A DNA stretch of 64,000 nucleotides. It comes from Phoronis australis. Taxonomy: Eukaryota; Animalia; Phoronida. The stretch spans positions 850,990 through 914,989 of the forward strand of contig NMRA01000069.1 in NCBI GenBank assembly GCA_002633005.1, given 5' to 3'. The notes below the pieces were generated by a model. It was not told where the DNA came from, made no database searches, and saw only the letters and a program-made list of their open reading frames with translations. Position 1 is the stretch's first letter; each line of letters opens with the position of its first letter. This document shows positions 24,901-36,700 of the stretch, one piece after another. Made by a program: the position numbers and the translations under genes.

Positions 24901-26931
24901 ACCAAGGTAACATCTGATAAAGGGAGTTGGTGCTAAGTTCTTGAAGGTCACTATTTGAACTGATGGATTCTTGTACTGCACCTGAGCCAAGTTCCAAAAT
25001 ACAAAGTTCCTGAAAAATAATAATGTTCATCTTAATATCTAAAGGCATCTTGTTTTCATTGGATAATTAACATGCAAATAAACCAGGTTACTCAACCGCA
25101 TGAAGAATGCAGTTTTTGCAGTGGAGAACCAGTCGAGAAAAAATTGCTCATTTGTAGTTACTATGTAAATTTGTGCAATCTTTTTGTCCTTATTACATTG
25201 CATAAATCAAAGAGTTAATTTGTCTCTAACTTTTGGTATTGACGATATAATCTCCAGCACATTCACAGGATCAAAAATGTTTGAATTTATTTAATAATAA
25301 CATGAGGCAAGTGCCACATATACCACCAGAGATCTGCCAAATGTTTGCCAGTTTTCTATTTTAAATTAGAAATATTTGAATAATACAAAACCGAGAAATT
25401 TATTTTCAAAAAGTTGCTAATTACAAGTTTTCAACAGTCAGTGGACCACTATGGTTCCTGTGTTAGCAAACACTGAAAGCATTATGTGGCCCAAGGTGAC
25501 TGCGAGTAAGTGGAAAGCGGATAATATCAACATCGTTTGTATTTATCCCAGTTCAATTTTACCGGTTGTTTATATTGTCTGTGAGTATGACTGAAAATTA
25601 AATGTTTTAAAAAACATTAGTTGCTGATAACGAGTTATAAGCAGAATCAAACCTGCAATCACCACAGTCGTAGTTTATGAATGACAATATTTTTAGCATA
25701 TTTAACAGTTCTTACCCTATATTCAGCTCAGAACTGAAAGTGAGTCGAATTTTTTTCACAAATTTGTGAAATGGATAAAAATCAAATAAATGGGGAAAAT
25801 ACTTGTTGAGTATGCTAGTAGGTCTGCTAGTCAAATTAAATTCCCTTAGGATATTTAGGGAACCATAAACAGTCTTATTTCACCTCCTTTTACCTCTCTC
25901 TAACAATGATGAATCTAATCGTCTGCCATCACGTACTCTCAAAGTTTGACCTAATGACATCATATTATAATTAGTAGTGCCCCATTGAAAGCCAATGAGC
26001 AAAGTGAGTACTTTAGTTCACGAGTTCACCACTAGGTAATCATGAAAATGGCAGCAGAGTGACAGGCTAAATAGTAAAGTGTTATACCTTCGAGTGAATT
26101 TAACTTCTTTTGAAGTGCTTGATTTCATAGTAGTTATATTCGGTGGATTATTTATGCAGATAAATGTTTTCACGTGATTGCAGTTTTGATGCATGTATGT
26201 CAATTGTGCAATTTGAATGTATATGTAAGACACTAAACTTTACATTTACACTGTACGGACTTCCTATATTTGAGGGCTGGTTTGCTTCAACTAATTTAAC
26301 TACCTACTTAAAGTAACCAGCCTCGAGATAGTCGTAAGTGTCAACATTGATCCAATAGATATAAATGTCAACAGACTACCAAGTAGCTGAACAAGACATC
26401 ACCATAGTTGGACAGATGGTCACCTTGTAACATATGGAGGTTGTGATCCCTTCACCTCTGACCTAATGTATGTTATTTAGAGAACCAGGCAATCACTGAA
26501 TAAATTCCCTGTTATGCAGCAGACGGACTGGTTCTCTTAATCAGGGATGCTAAATCCAACCAGTGGGCAGTGGCAGTGGTCTGCCAGTGCCCTAGACAGA
26601 GACCGTCTCTAGTTGGTTCTGCAGAGATGGTGTAGACTGTTAGCCAGTACTAGTCTAGTTTTAGCAGCTTTTAGCTGAATGGTTAGTACGCTCGCCGGTT
26701 ATATCGGGGTCTCTGGTTCGATTCCCGGGTCGGGTAATCATATTGGATTCCTACAATTACCAAGTGTAGGCGTGTAACACACCTTAATCCTTCACTCTCT
26801 TTGTTGTACTTAGAATGTGGTGCAACATAGTTCACTGACATAATCCTAACATTGTCTTTGAATACGATTTCGCCCTTGTTCAAGTAGTCAAGTGTCCTCC
26901 TGAATGCGGCCCTTCCTTTCATAAACGGCAT
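21796..26931 (-). CDS. MRPS25: Mitochondrial ribosomal protein S25, 176 aa; exons 26931-26783, 25009-24903, 23707-23620, 21982-21796
   Basis: [35 protein letters not shown]...[49 protein letters not shown]...[36 protein letters not shown] matches mS25 along its whole length. GT-AG junctions, 531 nt. Confidence 0.96.
23620..23707 (-). CDS. MRPS25: MRPS25 exon 3
   Basis: 88 nt, [28 protein letters not shown]; donor AGA|GTAAGT. Confidence 0.93.
24903..25009 (-). CDS. MRPS25: MRPS25 exon 2
   Basis: 107 nt, [18 protein letters not shown]...PFIRCYL; donor TTG|GTACGT. Confidence 0.93.
26665..26740 (+). mobile_element. tRNA-derived SINE head / tRNA-like pseudogene in MRPS25 intron 1
   Basis: A-box TAGCTGAATGG (26672) and B-box GGTTCGATTCC (26715), but no proper acceptor stem. 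A related diverged copy lies on the minus strand at ~8720-8790. Confidence 0.55.
26783..26931 (-). CDS. MRPS25: MRPS25 exon 1
   Basis: ATG at 26931; donor AAG|GTGTGT. Confidence 0.93.
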
Positions 26932-27588
26932 CCTTTCCGGGGAGCTCCCTGCTTCAGGCTTTTCTTAAACTAATTTAGAAACCGTACTCTGTTGAAGTGC
27001 GTCCATCGGCGGCACACAAAAAACTTATGAAGCAACTTTTATCTGAACAGCACCACCGACTACAATCACGCTTTTTCAGTCACCTCCATGTACGAGTAGG
27101 GTACCCCCTATTGGTGACCTATTTGTTATATGTGAACAGATTATTTTCTGGAAAGCACATGGAAATAAATACAATTTACAATAGGTAAATTGAGGATATT
27201 GTAAAAAGTTGACGTTGACTTAAATATTTCATTTTATCTATAAAACGTCTTTAAGTGTCCAGTGATTCGTTTTAAAGATAAAATAAAAACATTAATGCAT
27301 GGTAAAAACCAGCTGTAAATTGTTCCCCTAAAAGAAACTGCACAGACCCTGCTGTATATTTGTTTTCAAGCTGACGTAAATTTTGTCCGTCTGCACCTTC
27401 ATCCATCAGTATCTTTTTCTAAATTTGGATGCAAATGCCAACGCTTGACTATCAAAGTCATGCGCAAGTTTACATCCTAAATTTTGGTAACACGGAATCC
27501 AATAGTGGTTATTGTCACAGAAACGAATCCGGGGTAATCGCAGAACAGCTGAGTGACTGAACTGAAGCCGAAGCCGACGGTGTGAAAA
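26932..27588. promoter_or_regulatory. Bidirectional promoter between MRPS25 and the ARMC10-like gene
   Basis: The two divergent ATGs are 657 bp apart. Confidence 0.65.
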
Positions 27589-27718
27589 ATGGCTGCCGAC
27601 CAGAAAACTTCTTCGCGAATCGCAGCGTTGGTAGCGCTCATAGCTGGAATTGTATATGTTTCCTACCGATTCACTCGTGACTATTGGACTGGAAGACTAG
27701 AGCCATTCGAGGAGGAAG
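27589..27718 (+). CDS. ARMC10: ARMC10-like exon 1 (signal-anchor TM)
   Basis: AAAATGG start context; MAADQKTSSRIAALVALIAGIVYVSYRF; donor AAG|GTTTGT. Confidence 0.75.
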
Positions 27719-30700
27719 GTTTGTGCGTGTGCATGTGTGTACGTGTGTGTGTGTGTGTGTTTTGTATTTCCTCTAGAAGATATTGGAACCAGTCCCTTTC
27801 TCCGGTTGTGTAGTAGACAGTGATCAGCGTCTCTAGCTGGCCCAGTAGAGGCGGTGGAGCTTCTAAGTAGCTTCGTACGCTGGAAGCTTTTTGGCAAATT
27901 ATGCCTCACACTGACTAAAACCTCAAAGTCATGTTGTTACAAACACAGGCGTCCTCAGCTTCTGATTGTCCCCAATACACTACACTACATATAGTATTAC
28001 AAGGTATGACGCTCCCGACTAGAAATTCCACGGGTGCTTCACTTCAGCCCTCCATAGCTAACATAAAACTCAATAAATTTACACAAAACAAGGTTTCAAC
28101 AAACCATTGGCAATTGTTCTTTCTTCCAATACCATTCACGGTGTCCTGTTTCGGCGACTTCGTAAGAAGAAAGCAGTCAAAGAACAAAAATGTTCACAAA
28201 AAGCCCAAACACACTTCCATCTTGGACGGCTCTAGGTCAAGGATGGTACGGAAATTACTGATGATTTACGGATGGACGGCATTATCGACATCTCATGACT
28301 TAACGCGACAAATTGGCAATTTCCATACCGTACTTTGACTGCGAATTTCTTACGAAGTCGCAGGAACAGGACACCGTGAATGGTATTGGAAGAAAGAACA
28401 GTTGCCAATGGTTTGTTGAAACCTTGTTCTATGTAATTTTATTTTTAGTTTTATGTTAGCTATGGAGGGCTGAAGTGAAGCACCCGTGGAATTTCTAGTC
28501 AGGAGTGTCATACCTTGTAGTATTAATATGTAGTGTAGTGTATTGGGGACGATCAGGAGCTGAGGACGCCTGTGGTTACAAATACCTTTTGCGCATAGTT
28601 CATAAAGGGACACCTTAGGGCATGCCCACCTTTGGCCTTTGATGTATTTGGGCAATTCCATGATAAGGTCAACTTAGAGACAAAAAATTTAAGTTGTGAC
28701 TATTTTTCTGGTCTCATCTGAAAGCCCAGTCCCTGTAGTTTCATTACCTATATTGGATTGTCCTGTAACTTTCAATTTTTTGCCTAAGCAGACCCATTTT
28801 TGGGTCACCTGACCCTGAAAATTAGCTCGATTTTCATGTGTGTTCAACTTTGGCTCATCATTGACCTGTCGGGGTCAAAGGTCAACTCCCAGGATATGGT
28901 ACTGTACGTCCGTCACAGAAAACAACTAAAACGTTTAGTTATGTTAAAAGTTTTCTATCACAAATAACTTGTTACTTAATACTATTGATCAAAATTTTAG
29001 ATCCCAGGGATTATTTGTTAAGTCAGAAATTGTGATAAAAATTTGTACATCCGTCACGTGCGTCTGTCAGGTACGTCCGTCACACCTATGAAATTACAAC
29101 TTTTCAGGCAATAAAAATAACCTTATGTCTTATTTTTACTTTCTAAATTTGCAGAAGATAAAATGTTTCTCACACCCAAGAACTTTTAAATGGTTAAGTA
29201 TTACAAAGACAGCTTTGAAATCGAGTAAAACAGTTGGACCACATTATAAAATGTAAATGAAACAAAAAATTAATTTAATGAACTTATTGTTTTTTTGTTG
29301 CTGCCCAGTGTTTGTAAAGAAATACTTTGCTTTAGGAAAATTCAAGATACAAAAATATTCAAAAAGAATTCCTAAGGTCCTCTAAAGTATAAATAAACAA
29401 GAGACCTGAAGGAATACAAGTCAAGTTGTAGTTGCACTGGAATCAATGTATTATTTGTGCTCTGGCCTTCTATGCTATGTTTTGTGTTGAAAAAGTCGAT
29501 GCTGGGCATTTTTAAGAGGTAGCAACATGTCACTTACATTATTGAGCATTTTTGTCACACCTTCATTGACTGTAGTCACTCTCGTTTTGTTTTGTAGTGT
29601 CTTGGGTGTTTTGTATGAAATGATTTCATGACAAAAGATTAAATCACCTTATCTTGCATATTTTTGTCAAAACAGGAACTTTAACCTTGCAATCTGGGGC
29701 TAATTTTTTCTGCAAAGCTTTCGAGAAGATTAAATCGGCGTTTAGGAACGAAAGAGGAAATTGTTAGAGACCACGGGAAGAACAGAATGCAACTGGGAGA
29801 AGAATAAACATCTGCCGGAATGTACTCTGAAACTCTTAAAAATGCCATCATGGATCAAGTAATTCGTACCTATGGGAACCGTGATGTAAAATTATTTAAT
29901 GCCTCTCTTTAAAATTGAAAAGAAGGAATGAGTTAAAGAGCTGGATGAAAAGCTGATCATACTAATGACTAAATAAAGACTAGTATCTGATAAGTTTATT
30001 AGCTCCACATAGTTTTAAATTGTAACCCTAAATGTAATGTTACTTAATGTTTGGTTTTCACACTGGAAGACAGCACAGTGTTTTGAAGCAAAATATGAAT
30101 GCCATAAGTTGATGCTGTCAACTAAACCATGCTGAACAAATTGTCTGCTTTACACTTTGTTACGTATAAGAAAATACTGAAGTCCTGTTACTAATATTTT
30201 TAAAACATCATCTTCAGTACATATTTAAACGGGCATGCAACAGAATCATCAACAACGTGGCCCGGAGAATAAGTCTGTACAAGCGCAGGACGAATTCTAG
30301 TTTAAAAAACAAATGATTAAAATGTTTCGAGTACAATAATGATTAGTAATGTTTAAACTTTAGTTCACATTTTGCATTTTGACAGTCATATTTATCTATT
30401 AGCTTTGAATTAGTATTCTACTTAATGCATAAAAACAGTTTTCCTGATAACCAACAGGTATCAAATACAAAATGGTTATCACTCTCATTCTATCTATCTA
30501 TATTGCTCACTAGCTTCGAAGGGCAGTGAGGATTTTAGGAGATTGTTTTATATCTTTAATCAAATGTATTGAAAACTTGAAATCCTAGAGTACATTCCCA
30601 GCATAGGCCTACCTGTGATGATTTCATCCAAAAGGTCAATCGGTGCATTTTTATGAAAAAACATTGGATCAATAGCAAAAGACAAATGTAGCTTAAATAC

Positions 30701-33700
30701 TGCAAAAGTTTGAATTATTCTGACTTGATATCTTAGTCACAACAAACAATTTAATACTAGAAATTCGGAGTGTACATTCATCACATACATCCGTCACGTA
30801 TGTCCATCACACTCACTCAACTGACAGAAATTCTTAGAAGATATTCTCAAAAACACAATGTGTTGTACTTTGCAAACATTCCACTAAATCATCATATAAA
30901 ACAAAATCTTGTATCTAAATGTAACTCACAGAAAATTAATGTTAAAATTTATTTTCAAAAATTCAAATTCTCTGCCTACGTCCATCACACCCCTTCCCTT
31001 TAAAGGTGATTTTCTCAGGTAAAAAGATAGGAGAAAATCTGATAATGCTTTGAAAGCTATTGATGAGACCTAACAATTGATGTATTAATTATTTTTCTTG
31101 GATGAACATTTTTTTCACAATTGATCAAAATGTTCTCCTATTTTAAGTCCGTCACAAATGCAATTGCCAATATAATTCCTTCCAACTTGAACAAATACTC
31201 CTGTTATTAAACTTTTTCTTTGAGCAGTCCCTCGTTCAGTTCCCAAAACCGGTAACTCGTCATTTTTATACTGCACACGTCGGGATATTACGTAATACCA
31301 CCTGCTACGCGCAGTGTTAAAAATGGCGAGTTACCGAAAAAGTTCGATATCGGGAGTATTTCTTCGAGTTGGAAGGAATTCGATGGCCTCCGAAGGTGAC
31401 CCTCTATGCACAAACGGTATTTATAACAATGTGACTGTGATGTTTTAGTCAGTGTGAGGTATAATTTGCGTAAAAGCTTCTTGCGTATGAAGCTCCTATA
31501 TGACCTCCACGGTCTCTATTGGACCACCTAGAGATGGTTATCACTGTCTAGGGAGGGTGAGGGTTGTTAGCTGGGTATATTTAACTTTGTAGCCCTAAAT
31601 GTAAGCAGCTAACTGGGTGAAGACTAGAAAGTAGGTCCCACCACCATCTGAACTGCTGGATCAGTGGAGACTAGTCTAAATTGTCAAAACACAGCTAACA
31701 ATCATGAATTTTACATATATAGACCTCGCAGTTTTACACAACTTGTATAGTTTTGCTTGTCACTTAGGCCTAGTCAAGAAACTTAATCAACATGTAGAGC
31801 TAGCGACGAGACCTGGCTAATTACACAATACATTGCCTTTGGCTGTGGATGCAGATGGTGTATAGGCCTATGGTATACAAGGGGAGTGATGGCCCTGTAT
31901 TTGTTTTAAGGGGAATCAGTGTTCAACAGTTGTAACGGTTCACTTTTTGATTGATAAAGTAAAGCTTATACTGAACAATATTTATGGAAATAGTTATCGG
32001 TGAATAATGAATTGCATAAAGGTATAGTAATTACTATAGCCGAAATTGACAGTCCCAGCAATCGAACTGCCGACCCCAATAAAACCGACGAGCATGCTAA
32101 CCATTCAGCTTTAGGCAAATTGTCCGTTAGCGAGTGGATTCACTGGAAGTACGTTTCACAACAGATATATACGCCGTCTCCCTTAATTTTTTGTCCTAAA
32201 TATGCGTCATTTGCATCAATTTGGTAATTGTATTAAATGTAACTTAATTACAAGAATAAGGGATTGGAGACCATGTAAATCGACAAAGGTATATTTACGT
32301 GTAATTCTGAACGTGTTGAGCTTAAGTACTACTTCTCCGTATATTTTCTCTCAAAAGTTATCACCATATGCCCGGTAGGTTTGGTGGACCAAGTAGGTAA
32401 AATTGCATCGCCCTTTAATGCCGCAGGTTTACAGGGGCGATGGCCTACCCCCTAGGAAATTTATTCATTTAAAAATAAAATCAAATGGAAGTGCATATGT
32501 GGGTTATAGTTAACACATTGTATACCGTGACTCTGGAGCCAATTTTGTTTACACTATCTGACCAAATCCATAAAAATCTGTTGAGTTTTACTTGATCTTC
32601 CATCACCGGGTGCCATTTTGAGGAATTTAAGTGAAATCATATCTGTTGACGAAATAAATTTTCAAGGGACAAAAATTCTTCACTGAATATCTTCCCATGC
32701 TACTTTTTGCAAGTGTCAGTGTGAGAGGTCACGTGCTTCGCTGTTATGGGCTTGTTGTTTAACTCGTATAACGTCAACTGAAATTCTGTTTATCACACGC
32801 AGTGAAAAAATTTATGTCATATTAATTCACGTAGACATGCTTCATCAGGGATATGTATAGAACCTGAAAGGATAGTTCAAGAAAGTAATCGCTTTTTATT
32901 TTAAGTATAAAATGTATTTTTGACAAAGTGAAAGCCTCATATTTGGTGACTATTTTGGCTACCGCATGTTTTAAATGCATGGGTGAGATTAGTACAGAAA
33001 CTGATGGGGAGGACTGTAGGCCTTGTATAGCCAGCCGAGGGGTTAAGTGTTGTCTATGCTCCAAGTAGCAAATCTTGCAGTCAACCAACATTCTCCTTGG
33101 CCATTACAACTGTTAAAGTGAAAATGGCCTATGAAACATCGTCTCCCTGCACCATCATTTCTCTGGCTTTTATAACAAAGAAAAACTTGTTGTCCAGTTG
33201 AAAACACAGTATGTTTGGGACAGCTATAGTGCAATGCGTTTTAGTGGTTTAGTCATGCTTGTTGGACAATTTCTTTTGTTTACCAGATTTGTTTTGCCGT
33301 TGCCTTTGCTTAACACACTTCAGAACTGCTGCCCCTTAGCCACATGTTTTTTAAAGAGAAAGAAATCCTCAAATGCCCAGTGAGGGTAAGTGTACGTGAT
33401 TTTTCGTAGAAAAGTAGGGCTGACACACGCCTCAAAATCAAATCATGGAAGGCCCCTATCTTTGGCCAAGTGATAGCGTTTCTGTTACAGTCAAACGTAG
33501 TATTTTACCGAGACATGGGTCTGCACTGTTGTTCATTGTATCTTACATCACCTTCAAACGGCATAACTACCCATGCTTTTTGTCAAAAAGTTTTGATTTG
33601 GGCCACTTAGCATTATGACATTGGTCTCATATTGTTCCTTAGTCAAAAAAGTTATTTCTTGGGTTGGGGAGAACTGACAGTTCGTACTTTCTTCTACCCT

Positions 33701-36700
33701 ATGTTTGCGACCTTGATGATTTAAAGAGATAGTAGACTGTCGGAACTTCCTGAACCTAGAGACCACTTCTAGACTGAGCAAAGGGCAAGACAAGACCAAG
33801 TTTATTATGGTTAGACGTCAGAACTCAGCTTTTGACAGAAACCGTGGACTTCATGCCACTTTTAAAACTGGCTTTTTGTATTCTGGACAGGCCTTAGTAA
33901 CTTCATAGAGCTGCTGTTCACAAGTTCAATGAAACACCATTCGCTTACTTGTGAACTATACTTAGCTGTCCAAAGGCTCAACAAGTCATCTTAGCTAGTG
34001 TATCTAAATTTGTCCATTTAGATGAGCTGGTCACCTTCTTCCTGTTATTCCCAAAAGCAGTAAAGGGATGGTAGGCTTGGATGGGTCATAGTACAGAAAA
34101 TGCTCTGAATCTGAAATGCAATATTACCTATTGTTATGTAATGGGCAAGGGTTGACTTTGTTATTGTGTTTACTGGTACATCTTTGGCTTGTACAGGCTA
34201 ACCATATACTAGGACCTTTTGGATGCCTGTGTATTTTATCAAATATGTACAAAACTATAGATTTTAACTCTTGAAATAATAAATAATAATCATTACTTAT
34301 CAGTATGAATAACATGACCAAATTTTGGTTGAAATAAATGTCCCAACATGAAATCTCAAAACCACTGTTATTTGTTATGAATTTTTTTCAGACTCAACAA
34401 TACGTCATGTGATGTGACCAACATCTTGTAGTTAATGTCAAATATAATATCCACCTAGAAGCCTACCACTTAATGAAAAGATTATTCACTTCCTTGAACA
34501 ATAGTAGGAATTTATTTATCACTTCTCTTGAATTACAACGATTTTCCTTGGGGTTTCTGTTTCATATATTACCACTTTAATAACACTAAGTTTGCTGGGG
34601 CAGCTTTTTGAAAGAAGGCACATTTTTTATCCTCAGGAGCACCCAACGGCCAGTTTCAAACCTGGTTGGGAATATCCGTGCATATGCATATAGGGATACT
34701 GAGTTAGCGACCTTTTGACGTCGTTGCATTGACCTAGTTGCGGGAGTGTTTTTGCATCAATTTTTGCTTGAAAAACATTCAGGTGGTTAGGAAAGAAACT
34801 GCTGGCGGAAATGACCCTTTTGCTGCCAGTTTTTATGTATGGCTGACGTGTTGGTGTTTTCGTTAGCGTTTTTTACGTTTTCAACGAAACTTATCGTTAT
34901 CGTAACCAAGTATCTGTTTCAGACGCAGACATTTAAAGCTAACCTGCTTGTCACTCACTACTTCAATTGCCCTGCTAATCACCCCCCTGGCCCACCAACT
35001 TCATTTTATGTTTCAATGTTTTTCTGTGTCTTCATTTCTTAAAAGCTCCTGGCATTCCGTCCTGAATGACACTTTGCCCACTTTACACCAATCTGTCGTT
35101 CGTTGAGTCACGTGACTATGGAAAGTCCCGTTCTTAGGTATATAACATACGAACATCACAGACATCGTCAGTGGATGGATGTTAATTTCAATTTAAAAAA
35201 CATTTGTGACTGACTGCAAGTTAGGAATCTACAGGAAAACTAAATGAAAAACATTGTTAGTGTAAAATTGAATACTGTATTATCAGCTGGGGTGGGGAGG
35301 GGGGTTTAGAATGCATTTCAAGTTTTAAGTTGCATTTACACCAGATGGAGCAGCTAACAGGGAATAGCTGATGGGGTGCAAGTTTGTGTGTGTAAACAGG
35401 ACTGACACCTATTTATTGTGCAATATGACAGACAAGTAAAACATAACGTTATCGAATTTCTCAACTTTTAGTACTGATAAATTGTAATTTTTATGATTCT
35501 GTTCTGAACTTGTCATAAAACAACATTTAGCAAATTAGTCATTTTTCAGCAAGGCGTTTTGTTGTTCCAATTATTTTTGTGCAAAATAAGTTACAATGTG
35601 TCGTTCTTTAAACTGCTGTTTGACTGATTCATACGTGATGTTTATCAGCACTACATGTGAACATTTTGTCGAACGACATTGCTGTTCAGTCAAATAAATA
35701 CGGAACCTTTTATTTTTCAAAGCATTTCTAGTCCAAAGTTTGCTCTATCGTAATTTAAAAGGTGAAACCACTCCATTAGCAAAATTAACCAGTCGCTGGA
35801 TTGACAATCGTTCTACCCACTGAATCACATGAAGCAGCATTTGACAAAATATGATGATGGCTCCTAGTAATTAGGTGTGTCCAAGCACTTACATTTTAAA
35901 AAATAAGTTATGAATAAAATTGCTATTTGCAAGAAAGTCTTAAATGATTGTTTTAACATTTTAGAACTTTTCACATTTCTCTAAATCATGTCTGAACATT
36001 TGTAAACATGTGGCAAAAATCGGGCCTTTCTTACATAATGGCCACCTAGTGATTGAACTTAAATTAGGTCACAAATATGTAAATTTCACAGGAATTATAC
36101 CAAATTTGAGCTTTTTGATTGGTCCAACAGAAAGGTAGAAGATGAAGTTCTCAGAATGTGGAGGGATATATGCATCCTCAAAAAAATTTTCACCGACGAG
36201 GTCACGTTGCCTATTTTCCTAGGCCATTTTGCATATAACTTGAATGCGTATGCCTTTTGATGGAGAGTTGTAAACAAATCACATTTGGTGAAGGTTTACT
36301 TATTTTTGTGTAAGCATATAGCTTGTAATTTCCGTGGACTAATTTCATGTTCCACAACGGACCTCGCTGATTGTTGTTTCAGAGAATCATTTCAGAAAAT
36401 AGTCTTCTGTGTTAAAAAAGTCTTGTAGACAGTTGCACTTATTTATTTGGCTGTTACCATAATTTAACAGTGGAATGTTTTTCTATGTGTCTAGGTGCAC
36501 CAGTACTTGAGACGAGTTACATAATTGTATTAACCCTTGAAAGGGACCATTGATTTCATAAGGGTTGATCACCTGTCAGGTCATGCCTGTTTACATTGAT
36601 CTGACTTCAGGTATCTTGATAACTGGCTTGAATGTACCAGCAACCAAGAAATGGACATCTGTTTAATGAAGTACAAAGCATGCAGTTATATTGTAATTAA

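Larger units (their letters stand above)
27814..31550. mobile_element. Second MULE-like MITE (same family as 3605-4534), interrupted by two nested insertions
   Basis: Termini TAGACAGTGA...TCACTGTCTA. The left TIR resumes at 28575 and again at ~31172; the right TIR is at ~31310-31550. Confidence 0.75.

Noticed and set aside
26665-26740. Functional tRNA gene
   Set aside because: A and B boxes are present but the acceptor and anticodon stems do not pair; treated as a SINE head.
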